Shown: positions 6,400-15,859, numbered from the whole stretch's first letter. The stretch is DNA of 24,702 bases, filler included, from an uncultured bacterium (GCA_964448115.1; 6 parts of 6 records of this genome joined end to end with filler, not necessarily neighbours in it); one strand, 5' to 3'. The notes: generated from the sequence alone by a model not told the origin. A program made the numbers and translations.

Positions 6400-9084
6400 A
6401 TGCATCGCTCCTCAAACCTATCCACCACCGCTCGTGATCAGGATCTGACAGACATTCGTCCGCTTCTTGAAGAGGTGTTCAGCTTCATGGCAGAATGGCT
6501 GGAAACACGCCTCGAGACGAAGGTCCGGAAACAATGGGAAAAGCATGTTGTCAGGATTCTGAACAGCGGGAAAGAGAAGAAACACATTCAATCCGGTAAC
6601 TGGTCCACGGTTCATGATCTTGATGAACAGTCCAAGATCCGTGTGTTTGAAAGAAACTACCGTTTTCTGGAGCAGAAATGCAGCTTCCCGCCCAGTTCAG
6701 AATATCTGATCGGCAAGGTTCGTGAAGTCAGAAACAATCATATCGCTCACCGGCCCGGTAGGGGAGTTAAACCGAATAGTGCCTTGAGAGCCCTTGACAT
6801 TATTGACGAGTTTCTCGAGCTCCTGGAAGCTCCACGGGCACTTCTCAAGAGAGTGGAAAACCACCAGCGGCAACTGCGTGAACTGATCGAAGCGAAACAG
6901 GTTTCGGTTCGGGGTGGCGCGTTTGCCCAGGCAACCAAACCAGTGGGAGCCCCAATCGCTGAACCCGGTTTTGAAGATGTTTTCGAAGGATTCAGGTTGA
7001 CACCATCCCAGGGTGAGGCGGTCCGAAAACTTGACCAGTTCCTGCGTGATCCGGACTCAAAGTGCTTTGTCTTGAAGGGTTATGCCGGTACGGGCAAGAC
7101 ATTCCTTATCGGCGGGCTCTACCGGTATCTGACCAAGTTGAAAACAATGACGATGCTCATGGCACCTACAGGTCGGGCGGCTCATGTAATCTCTGAACGG
7201 CATCAAGTGCCGGCATCAACCATCCACCGTGGCATTTACACCTTAGATAAGCTGGAAGAATTTCCGGAAGTCGAGGAAGACGGGACCATTGCCTACAAGA
7301 TGTATTTCAGCCTGCGGAACAATGATGTTCAGCACGATACGATATTCATCGTGGATGAAGCATCTATGATTTCTGATGTCTACCAGGAGGCAGAATTTGT
7401 CCGCTTCGGGTCGGGTCGTCTTCTTCGTGACCTGCTTGAATTCATCAATTTTGACGCCAATGACTATTCCAAGAAGCTGATCCTCATCGGTGATGACGCC
7501 CAGCTTCCACCCGTGGGGATGAACACCTCTCCTGCCCTGGATGTTGACTACCTGAAGACCAATGGAAGGATTGATGTTCAGCAGCACCTACTAACCGATG
7601 TGGTCAGGCAGGAAGAGTCCAGCCTGATCCTGAAGAATGCTACTGCACTTCGAGAACTGCTGCGCAAGAGGGATTACAGCGCTTTCTCATTTGCCTATGA
7701 TGATGATAGTGTTATCAATCTCCAACCTGACGAGGTTCTCGATCACTTCGGCGCTATCAGTGAGGATATGGACATCGAATCAGTCATCATTACCTATGCC
7801 AACAACACCGCAAAAAACTACAATGACGCAGTGAGGAAATATATCTTTAAACGAGGAAAGGATATTTCACCGGGAGACCGACTTATTGTCATCCGGAACA
7901 ATTATGGCCATGAGATTGAGCTATTCAATGGTCAAATGGGGATTGTGGTTGATGTGGGGGGTGAAGAAGAGCATCGTATTGTCCGGTTTTACTCGGGACT
8001 AGATGATGATGGGAAGAGGCGGATAGTCGAAGTACAACTAAGGTACCAGCATGTAACGATTGAGTTTAAAGATCTTTCAGGCGAAACCCACCAGATTAGT
8101 TGCGTGATTCTCGCTAATATACTCCATTCCATAAATCGTGATCTCAGTACCGATGAGTCCAAGGCCCTTTATATTGATTTTAAAAACAGACATCCGGATC
8201 TGAAGCCGCATGATCCAAGATTTCGCGAAGTCCTGCTGGCCGATCCTTATTTCAATGCCTTACTCGTAAAATACGGCTACGCAATCACAGGTCACAAATC
8301 CCAGGGTGGGGAATGGGATAATGTGTATATCGATTTCAAGTCGCAGAACAAACTGAATGCTACCGCCCTCCGTTGGAGCTATACAGCCTTGACCCGCGCC
8401 CGGAAGCGTGTGATTTTAACAAACCCAATCTTCCAAGATCGGTTGGTCCCGAGGAAGGGGATCGAATGGACGGAGGAAGGTGGTGAATCGGAAGTACCAT
8501 CGACTGATGATGTTGAGGTCCCTGAGGAAATTGCTGAACGTGGTGTAATTCCGGCAGGCATTTATAGGCTCGTGGTGAGGTGTCTTTCCGAAGACATCGA
8601 GATTACCTCCACGCATTCCATCAATTACGCAGAGAAGTACCGCTTTACCGATGACGATAACAACACGTGCAGAATTGTGATCTATTACGACAAGAAGTCA
8701 GTCATTAAAACGATCCATGTTGAGCAGAAAAGCAATGATGAGTTTGGCGCAAGGATCAAAAAGGCCCTGAAAGGCCTTGCTGGTAAGAAAACAGCTAGTG
8801 GCGAATGTAAGCAAAAGCCGGAAGACATCATTGGAAATATTGCTGAATATAAACGTATCATTATCGCCGAGATTAACAAGAGATTACAGGATGAACCAAT
8901 ATCAATCATTAGTATTCGTGATATCAGCCAGTACAGTATGGAGATACACTTTAAAGACACAAAAGAAACTGGAGCAGCGATCTACTACTTCGATAAAAGC
9001 AAACGACTCACGACGTTGAGCATTAAAGGAAGCAGGTCATTGTACGAAAAGTGGAAGGCCATACATCAGGTTGCTTATGAATGA
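6400..9084 (+). CDS. SF1B RecD/Dda-like helicase with N-terminal Swt1-like HEPN domain and two C-terminal alpha/beta (TBP-like) repeats
   Basis: GYAGTGKT, MAPTGRAA, ASTIH, IVDEASMI, LIGDDAQLPPV, LTDVVRQ, YAITGHKSQGGEW, YTALTRAR; N-terminal REVRNNHIAH. ATG 6400 lies 2 nt after the previous stop. Confidence 0.88.
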   Translation: MHRSSNLSTTARDQDLTDIRPLLEEVFSFMAEWLETRLETKVRKQWEKHVVRILNSGKEKKHIQSGNWSTVHDLDEQSKIRVFERNYRFLEQKCSFPPSSEYLIGKVREVRNNHIAHRPGRGVKPNSALRALDIIDEFLELLEAPRALLKRVENHQRQLRELIEAKQVSVRGGAFAQATKPVGAPIAEPGFEDVFEGFRLTPSQGEAVRKLDQFLRDPDSKCFVLKGYAGTGKTFLIGGLYRYLTKLKTMTMLMAPTGRAAHVISERHQVPASTIHRGIYTLDKLEEFPEVEEDGTIAYKMYFSLRNNDVQHDTIFIVDEASMISDVYQEAEFVRFGSGRLLRDLLEFINFDANDYSKKLILIGDDAQLPPVGMNTSPALDVDYLKTNGRIDVQQHLLTDVVRQEESSLILKNATALRELLRKRDYSAFSFAYDDDSVINLQPDEVLDHFGAISEDMDIESVIITYANNTAKNYNDAVRKYIFKRGKDISPGDRLIVIRNNYGHEIELFNGQMGIVVDVGGEEEHRIVRFYSGLDDDGKRRIVEVQLRYQHVTIEFKDLSGETHQISCVILANILHSINRDLSTDESKALYIDFKNRHPDLKPHDPRFREVLLADPYFNALLVKYGYAITGHKSQGGEWDNVYIDFKSQNKLNATALRWSYTALTRARKRVILTNPIFQDRLVPRKGIEWTEEGGESEVPSTDDVEVPEEIAERGVIPAGIYRLVVRCLSEDIEITSTHSINYAEKYRFTDDDNNTCRIVIYYDKKSVIKTIHVEQKSNDEFGARIKKALKGLAGKKTASGECKQKPEDIIGNIAEYKRIIIAEINKRLQDEPISIISIRDISQYSMEIHFKDTKETGAAIYYFDKSKRLTTLSIKGSRSLYEKWKAIHQVAYE

Positions 9085-10801
9085 GCCGACATCAAAGGAT
9101 GTGTTTACATTGCGGAAAGAGGGGAAATTGGACGATGCGCTTATCCTGGCTCGTCAGGTGTACGCAGCGGACCCTCATGATGAATGGAATATCAAAGCGT
9201 TATTCTGGGTGCTGTACGATTTGGTGAAAAGGAGTGTGGCTGGCAAGGCGCCGGACTTGGAGGATCTGGTCAACGAGATCAAGAAAATAGAGGTCTCAAG
9301 CATCCGGGATCAGTATATAGAAAAGGCGGAAACATTCTTAGAAAGGCTGTCTCTACCAGGCGGAGCGGAGCTGTTCCAGGCTCGTGAGTTGAGCAAGAGC
9401 GGCAACCATCATGGCTCACTGAAAATCCTGCGCCGGTTGAATCGGCAATATCCTGGCCGAAGGGATATCGAAGAATCGCTCGGTTGGGAATTGTACCGGG
9501 TCGCAAAAGATACTGATGAAGGTTCCGCTGCTGTTTGGGACTACTTGGGCGAGTACTCAAAGCTGACGTCTCTCCATGAACCAGGACTGCTACACTCAAA
9601 GATACTTGTGGCTTCCCTCGGCACAGCAAAAACTTCCGCGAGACTACTTGATTTCGTGAAGTGGTGGGACTTGGACAACTTGAGGTATGAAGACTGGGAT
9701 AAGCATGGGAGAAAACCTCCACTGAGTAGATTCAATCTTGAGCCTGCCTCGAAACCTGCTAAAGAGTTTCCCGCCACCTCACTTGCCCTGCGCGTCGCAC
9801 GGGCACTTTATCACAATGTTAAAAACTTCCATATAGCCAGAGGTAAAGAACTGGAGTGGGTCGCCGAATTCCTATTGAAAGTCAATGAAAAAGAGGAGGA
9901 TGAATATCTCCCGTACTACGTCACAAAGATGATGACATGGGCGGGGTTGGATCCCTCAACGATGCGGTCGCAGGTGATTCCACTCGTGAGAAAGAAAAGT
10001 ACAGAATACTGGATTTGGGATTCACTTGCCAGGACATACGACATGTCGGATGTGCAGTATGTGCAGTGCTTCTGCAAGGCGGCTATCGGCAAGGCTCAGG
10101 AAGAATGGTATAAGAGGGAAGTTTATGCAAATCTGGCGCTTGCACTGGCCGATCAACGGGAAGTTGCTCACGCGAGTGTGGCCGCCGAAATCTGCATCAA
10201 ACTCTATGAAGAATCTGGACAAGCTCCCCCCGAATCCGTACTCGACCTCACTGAACAATCCTGGTTTACACCCGATGGGAAGACAGCGTTTGAAAAGTTC
10301 CTTAGCGATTCAGCAGCAAAAGCAGAACAGATCCTGTGTGAAGATATCAAGCCCACCCTGGCTGTTATTAGTCGGGTAAATGCCAAGAAAGATGTTGCTG
10401 TAGCTGCCTTTACTGCCAGACAAGTTGGACTCTTACACTATAATCATTGGCCAGATGCCAGGTCTCTACAAGAGGGGGACATTATTGCCGCAAAGGCGGA
10501 TCGTACAGATGATAAAGCGATAATTCTGGCTTGGGAGAAGAGTGATATTGAAGAGATCCCAAGATTATACGAGCGATATAAAGGTATGATAGTGATTCAC
10601 CATGGCAACCTGTTTGGCTTTGTCAATTGCGACATCGGCGACATCTATGTTCACCCAGCATTGATCAAAGAGCACGAGATCGAAGATCAGGACCTACTTG
10701 AGGGCTTTGCTATCAATGAGTGGAACAAAAAGAAAGGTCGAGAGGGATGGCGAGCAGTTACCGTTGAAAAACTTAAGCAAAATATTATTGAATCAGATTG
10801 A
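9077..10801 (+). CDS. TPR-like alpha-helical protein with C-terminal OB/S1/cold-shock-like domains (DUF7017/TOTE-like)
   Basis: N-terminus SKDVFTLRKEGKLDDALILARQ..DEWNIKALFWVLYDLVK, partly repeated at RELSKSGNHHGSL..SLGWELY; C-terminal RNP-like FGFV..DIYVHPALI..WNKKKGREGWRA; overlaps the helicase stop by 8 nt. Confidence 0.75.
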   Translation: MNEPTSKDVFTLRKEGKLDDALILARQVYAADPHDEWNIKALFWVLYDLVKRSVAGKAPDLEDLVNEIKKIEVSSIRDQYIEKAETFLERLSLPGGAELFQARELSKSGNHHGSLKILRRLNRQYPGRRDIEESLGWELYRVAKDTDEGSAAVWDYLGEYSKLTSLHEPGLLHSKILVASLGTAKTSARLLDFVKWWDLDNLRYEDWDKHGRKPPLSRFNLEPASKPAKEFPATSLALRVARALYHNVKNFHIARGKELEWVAEFLLKVNEKEEDEYLPYYVTKMMTWAGLDPSTMRSQVIPLVRKKSTEYWIWDSLARTYDMSDVQYVQCFCKAAIGKAQEEWYKREVYANLALALADQREVAHASVAAEICIKLYEESGQAPPESVLDLTEQSWFTPDGKTAFEKFLSDSAAKAEQILCEDIKPTLAVISRVNAKKDVAVAAFTARQVGLLHYNHWPDARSLQEGDIIAAKADRTDDKAIILAWEKSDIEEIPRLYERYKGMIVIHHGNLFGFVNCDIGDIYVHPALIKEHEIEDQDLLEGFAINEWNKKKGREGWRAVTVEKLKQNIIESD

Positions 10802-10816
10802 TTAGGGAGCATCTCG

Positions 10817-10934
10817 ATGGCTATCAATCCCATCAGCTATACCGAGAACGTTATCCGCAGTTTCTTGCGGTACCAACTCACCGCGTACCCGTTCGCGGAT
10901 GAACGGCTTCACCAGCAGATGCGGAACCTGCTGA
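10817..10934 (+). CDS. 5' end of a gene, likely a large DEAD/DEAH-box (DUF1998-type) helicase; truncated by the contig end
   Basis: GGGAG RBS, then MAINPISYTENVIRSFLRYQLTAYPFADERLHQQMRNLL. The NP..YL-type N-terminus resembles such helicases, but only 39 codons are visible. Confidence 0.5.
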
Positions 10935-11034
10935 NNNNNNNNNNNNNNNNNNNNNNNNNNNNNNNNNNNNNNNNNNNNTTAATTAATTAANNNNNNNNNN
11001 NNNNNNNNNNNNNNNNNNNNNNNNNNNNNNNNNN
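10935..11034. other. Artificial contig linker
   Basis: N-run + TTAATTAATTAA + N-run. Confidence 0.99.
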
Positions 11035-12550
11035 TGTATTTGCGTGCCATTGCCGGTCCTCCCTGGTTCTCAGCCTGTTCGACTACTTGGGGCAAGAACT
11101 CGGTATAGAAGTGCTTGGCAACCTCGTACATACCATGCCACTGGGTGAAGTCGGGACCCATCATCGATGCGCCATGCCTGGCTCGCCTTCCCTCGTGATG
11201 CCACAGCTCGAAGTATGTCCACTGCACCTTGCTGGTAAACGGAGAACCGGGAAGCAAGCCATCCTTTTTCATATCAGCCATTAACTGCTTAGATGGTAAG
11301 GCGAATTTGCTATTATAAAGCTCAACCAGCCCATCGAATTGCTCATAGAAGCCATCGGTATGCACTACCTCGTGGCAGCTCATGCAGACACCCTTCATCT
11401 TGTCGCGCCTTTGCTGCCAGGTAACTATTTCCTTGACCCTGCGGGGAACGGTCTTGGAGACCAGCATCCAGTCCTCGACCACCTTTTCAACAGTATCTAC
11501 CATCTCACCTACCTTAGGTAAAGGCTTATCTTCAGGATAGTCAAGCTTGCTGCCGTCCTCGAAGATGACCTGGTTTATACGCTTTGAGACTTCGGGTCTC
11601 AGCGTCCAACTGATGCGTTCGCCGACATCATGGTTATTTGCTACATGCTCACCGCTTGCTGTTCGATATGCTCCAATATGGCAGGTGGTACACGTAGGCG
11701 CTGCTGAATAGTCCACGCCCAGCACCCATTTTCCCTTTTTATCGAGATTCATTCGATGTTCATTTGCATGGAAGGCGATTCCGTGCTTCGATTCCTCGTA
11801 GATCTCGATCTGTGGATGATCGGGTCCCATGTGACACTTGCCACAGTTCTCCGGTCTGCGGGAAAGCTTGGAGTTAAAATCGTGCCTGCTATGACATGCA
11901 TGGCAGCTCCCCTTGGAGCCATCAGGATTCAGCCTTCCCATTCCGCTGTTCGGCCAGGTCGCCGTATCGAGCTGCGGGGCACTCTCCTCCACCATACCAA
12001 GCCTGCCGCCCTCGATCTTGACCTTAGTGCGCAATATCTCACCATTTTCGTTCATGGCGAACTTGATAATGGAGCCGTGGCACTGTGTGCAACCGTTTAC
12101 GGCAGCGAAAGGCTTGCCTGGTGCGCCTTCCACCTTCTCGGCGAGGATGTTATCCAGGCTGGCAAGGATCTCACCTGCCTTAGCATGATGTGATGCTGAG
12201 AACTCGGCGAACTCCCTCGGATGACACTGTCCGCAGTCCTTGGGGGTAACTAAAGTGGAAATAACTGCTCCTTGGTGAGTCCAGGCATCTATCTCGCCCT
12301 GCTCGGCACGATGGCAGTCATAACAGCCGACCCCTCGCTTGGCATGAAGCGAGTGTTCCCATTCCTTGACCAGTCCCGGGGACGCCTGTGAGTGGCAGTT
12401 ATAGCATCCCTCGCTGTTTTTAGCTATGACTGGCTTCTCTTCAGCCTGTGGAAGCTGCCGTTTGACCTCCTTTTGGATGACAATCAGCAGGCTAGCAAGC
12501 AGGATCAACGATAATAAAGCGATTATCCATCTTTTGGCATTAAATGACAT
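11035..12550 (-). CDS. Octaheme cytochrome c of the hydroxylamine oxidoreductase (HAO) family, probably reductive type; 3' truncated
   Basis: N-terminal hydrophobic anchor; eight CxxCH motifs (CYNCH, CYDCH, CGQCH, CTQCH, CHACH, CGKCH, CTTCH, CMSCH); HAO signatures CHMGPDHPQIEIYEESKHG and WHHEGRRARHGASMMGPDFTQWHG. Confidence 0.92.
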
Positions 12551-12583
12551 GTCGTTATCTCCATATATACATTAGATATGATC

Positions 12584-13663
12584 TCAATGCGTAAACGCCT
12601 CCCATAGGGTCATAGCCAGGAAAATGACAATGGCAAGCACTCCCAGGATCAACGAGTAATCCCTGTTAACCTTGAGTCTGTTGAAGATCAGCTCTTCGAT
12701 GAACGGCCAGAGGAGCATAACCAGCGCCAGGATGCCGGTGATGATGACGCTGGTCTGCAGGGCGGTTAGCTTTAGCAGCCTGAAGTTGAAGTAGAAGTAC
12801 CACTCCGGCTTGATATGTTCAGGGGTTCTTATCGGATCAGCTACCTCGCCCAAGCCGACTGGGAAAAGAAGCGATAGCGCTACCAGAATATATAGAATCA
12901 CAAGGGCGATGATTATCTCAGATGTTACATGGTCAGGCCAGAGCTTATAGGGTTTCACAGTCGTTTTATCCTGGGTATTATCGAGCGGTAGCTCGGAGAC
13001 GCCGTGAAGTCTGATGAGCAGAAAGTGTAATCCTAAAAACATGATAGCAAGGACAGGAAGTATGGCTGCATGAAGTATATAAAGCCGAGTCAATGTTGTC
13101 TGCCCTATCTCGGTGCCACCTCGCACTAGATCTGCTAAAAATGAGCCGACCAGCGGAGTAGCCTGGATAAGGTTCATTGCCACCGTTGCACCCCAGTAGC
13201 TCATCTGCTCATAAACCAGGCTGTAACCGGTGAAGCCAAACGCCAGTGTAATCCCCAATAACATCACACCGACCATCCAATTAAGCTGCCTGGGCGAACG
13301 ATATGCACCGGTAAAAAAAACCCGCATCAGGTGAAGCAAAACGGCGATGATCATAAGGTTCGCTGACCATTTATGCAGGCTCCTTATGAACCAGCCGTAG
13401 GGAACTACATTATTGATCTGCCTTACGCTATCATAAGCTTCGTGGGTTCCGGGCACATAGTATAAAAGTAGTAGGAAACCAGTAGCCACCTGGATGCAAA
13501 AAAGTATCAGCGGAGTCCCCCCCAAACACCACCACCACTTCTTCAGGTGATGCGGAATATCCTCGTTTATAAGCTCGGTTATAGCCCCGAACTCAAGTGG
13601 AAACAAGCGCTTCCAAAAGCCTTTTCGCTCTTCTGCCTGTTGGTTCATCGTATCAGGATGCAT
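12584..13663 (-). CDS. Cytochrome b of a Rieske/cytb complex (b6-type fused to subunit IV)
   Basis: WCLGG, RSLHKWSANLMIIAVLLH, FTGYSL, SYWGATV, LHAAILPVLAIMFLGLH, TPEHIKPEWYF. The ATG at 13663 directly follows the Rieske stop (alternative start 13648). Confidence 0.93.
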   Translation of the reverse strand: MHPDTMNQQAEERKGFWKRLFPLEFGAITELINEDIPHHLKKWWWCLGGTPLILFCIQVATGFLLLLYYVPGTHEAYDSVRQINNVVPYGWFIRSLHKWSANLMIIAVLLHLMRVFFTGAYRSPRQLNWMVGVMLLGITLAFGFTGYSLVYEQMSYWGATVAMNLIQATPLVGSFLADLVRGGTEIGQTTLTRLYILHAAILPVLAIMFLGLHFLLIRLHGVSELPLDNTQDKTTVKPYKLWPDHVTSEIIIALVILYILVALSLLFPVGLGEVADPIRTPEHIKPEWYFYFNFRLLKLTALQTSVIITGILALVMLLWPFIEELIFNRLKVNRDYSLILGVLAIVIFLAMTLWEAFTH

Positions 13664-13664
13664 A

Positions 13665-14141
13665 TCATGCTTCTGTTGGTACTTGTAGGAACAGGTTTCC
13701 CGATGCCTGGTCATGTCTTACTTTAACCTCAAACAACCTTTGACCTGCTTCTGCTGGGGGACCGGCGGTCGCTTTTCCGCTGGCATCGAACTTACCTAGA
13801 TGACATGGACAAAAGAAGATACCCTCTTGTGGCATCCAATGCACTAGGCATCCTAGATGCGGACAGATATTGGAGAATCCCCTGAAGCCATCTTTGGTGC
13901 GCAGCACGATGATCTCGCGCCCTTGTAAGTCATGAAAGACCTTAGAAGCATTTACAGGGATCGCCTCTGCCCTTCCAATGAAGAGCTCAACCAATCGAGA
14001 GCTTCTGGAGCGAGGGATCAAAAAGCGAATCCCAATGCCAAGTATGGAGCTAAAGACTGCCAGTAATCCACCGCCCATTGCTACCTGGGAAAGAAACTCT
14101 CTTCTTGTTATTTTCTTTTGATCTCGTCCTTGTTCCATCAC
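13665..14141 (-). CDS. Rieske 2Fe-2S subunit
   Basis: Tat motif TRREFL plus a TM helix; CPHLGC and CPCHLGKF boxes, GPP; start at 14141 (GTG) or 14138 (ATG). Confidence 0.95.
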   Translation of the reverse strand: MMEQGRDQKKITRREFLSQVAMGGGLLAVFSSILGIGIRFLIPRSRSSRLVELFIGRAEAIPVNASKVFHDLQGREIIVLRTKDGFRGFSNICPHLGCLVHWMPQEGIFFCPCHLGKFDASGKATAGPPAEAGQRLFEVKVRHDQASGNLFLQVPTEA

Positions 14142-14223
14142 TTTTTTATACCATTTTTATTATATATGAGGAAACCAAAATAATAAACTCCTGTGATTCA
14201 GACAGTAAATGCGTCATAAGTGG

Positions 14224-14237
14224 TTGATAATGACCAA
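14224..14237. promoter_or_regulatory. FNR/DNR-like box upstream of the Rieske-cytb-HAO operon
   Basis: TTGAT-AATG-ACCAA matches 9 of 10 positions of TTGAT-N4-ATCAA, about 90 nt upstream of the Rieske start. Confidence 0.4.
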
Positions 14238-14385
14238 GAGTCTATGATAGCTTCATAAATGTGCTTGATCTCGCGGTTATTTGCCGCCTGGGGAATCGGA
14301 ATCAGTGGCTGGCCTTGGTAAAATTAACGTAATTAGAGACACCGAGGCGCTGGTAGTCAGTGCTTAAATGATAAAATAGCGATCT

Positions 14386-14607
14386 CTATGCCTTGAAACC
14401 TAAAAGACCAGCAAATAGATTGCGACACCCAGGTAAAGGAGTGGATACCCTCCCCACTGTTTTTCTTGGTGCGCATAACATAAAGCCGAAGAGCTCGTCT
14501 GCTAATCCCCATTTGCACTCATCGAAGTATTCCACCTCGCCGTCTTTAATGCACTTTTTTACCAGGGATTTATTCTGTTTAACTACTATCTGAGCCTTTG
14601 TTTTCAT
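14386..14607 (-). pseudogene. Short ORF with a strong RBS, possibly the N-terminal remnant of a transposase
   Basis: AAAAAGGAG upstream (14621-14629, minus strand), 73 aa. It abuts the point where the + strand transposase is cut off. Confidence 0.3.
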
Positions 14608-14629
14608 CTTTCGGTCTATACTCCTTTTT

Positions 14630-15412
14630 CAGATCAACCGCCAGTCTTCCAAGAAGAAGGATTCTGCAAAATGGCTCAAATCGGCGTATCGCACGCTTCT
14701 GGGGCATGTTGAGAAGATCCTCGTCTGGGCGAATGAGGTGTGCGACGCCGTTCGGCGCACGCGCAAGGAATACACCTTTGAAGTTGACGTCTATCTTCGC
14801 AGATTGGTCCAGGAATACGAAAAATACATATCGCTGGGATTGCAGGTCATGGATCAGGCCGCACGCCGCGTCTTGAATGGCGAGTCGGTGCCGAACGACG
14901 AGAAGATCTTCAGCATCTTCGAACCGCACGTCGAGCTCATCATCCGTGGGAAGGCTGGGAAAGACATAGAATTCGGGCACGTCGTCAATCTTCAGCAGGT
15001 CACCGAAAAGTTCATCACAGGTTACGATGTCTTCGAGAAGAAACCTGTTGAGCATGAACTGGTTGACCCGACGTTGGACCGTCACCTGGAAACATTCGGT
15101 GAGTATCCCGAAGGCTACGCCGACGATAAGGGGGCTTACGAGAGCATGGAAAAACTTCACGAATTGGAAGAGAAAATCCCTGTTGTCGGCATGTGCAAAA
15201 AGGGAAAACGAAATGCCGCGGAAGAGGAGCGGGAACATTCCCGTGCATTCAAACTTGCACAGAAGTTCCGTGCCGGAATCGAAGGAACCATTTCGTTTCT
15301 CAAGCGAGTTCCCGGTCTTGGCAAATGCATGTACAGGAGTTTCCAAACTTTCAAGGCAAGCGTTGGGAGCATCGTGTTTGCTCACAATCTTCTTGTCCTT
15401 GCCCGATTGTGA
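14630..15412 (+). pseudogene. 5'-truncated DDE transposase (ISNCY/IS5-like)
   Basis: EKIFSIFEPHVELIIRGKAGKDIEFG, YADDKG, QKFRAGIEGTISFLKR, FAHNL. The frame stays open upstream of the track GTG to about 14630 with no proper start, and the N-terminal half is missing. Confidence 0.85.
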
Positions 15413-15622
15413 CGTGCTGAATAAGGAGACAATTTGACCGCCCGTGAAAACCACGTGGGGCGTATGAACCCCGCAGGTTGATTGTTCGTGATTTATCGTA
15501 AAAATACGTGAAACAGGATTTCCTATAGGACATTTCCGATATTGGAGACTTGATTTCATCGAGATTCACGAGCTTTGGGATGCAGTCTTTTCAAAAAATG
15601 CCGATTAATCAACAGAAACTAG
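14630..15622 (+). mobile_element. Right-hand remnant of an ISNCY/IS5-like insertion sequence
   Basis: Transposase fragment plus ~200 nt trailer ending ttaatcaacagaaaCTAG (15619-15622), resembling CTAG-associated ends. No matching left end was seen. Confidence 0.55.
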
Positions 15623-15756
15623 GTATTGAACGAGGCATGTTCCCGGCCTGGCTTTACATGAGGGGCGCTGGCCTGAACAGCAGATTCAAGGTACTTGGAC
15701 GAGGTATTTGGTGATAACCTCCTGTATTCTTTCTGGATCTTATTGCTGGAAAGCGC

Positions 15757-15792
15757 TTGACATTAGCACCTCCGTATTGCATGATATATCAT
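15757..15792 (+). promoter_or_regulatory. Sigma70 promoter overlapped by a palindromic operator
   Basis: TTGACA (15757-15762)-N17-CATGAT (15780-15785), overlapped by the perfect palindrome ATGATATATCAT (15781-15792). Confidence 0.6.
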
Positions 15793-15859
15793 CTGATGGG
15801 CCATGTGCTATGAATTTCGATTCGCTCAGATCCCTAACGGATCTGAAGGGGGAAGAGCT

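Noticed and set aside
11035-12550. Evidence for aerobic ammonia oxidation or anammox
   Set aside because: No amo, cycAB or hzs genes in view, and the cross-linking Tyr appears absent.
14579-15559. 326-aa minus-strand ORF
   Set aside because: Antisense shadow of the transposase with no motifs of its own.
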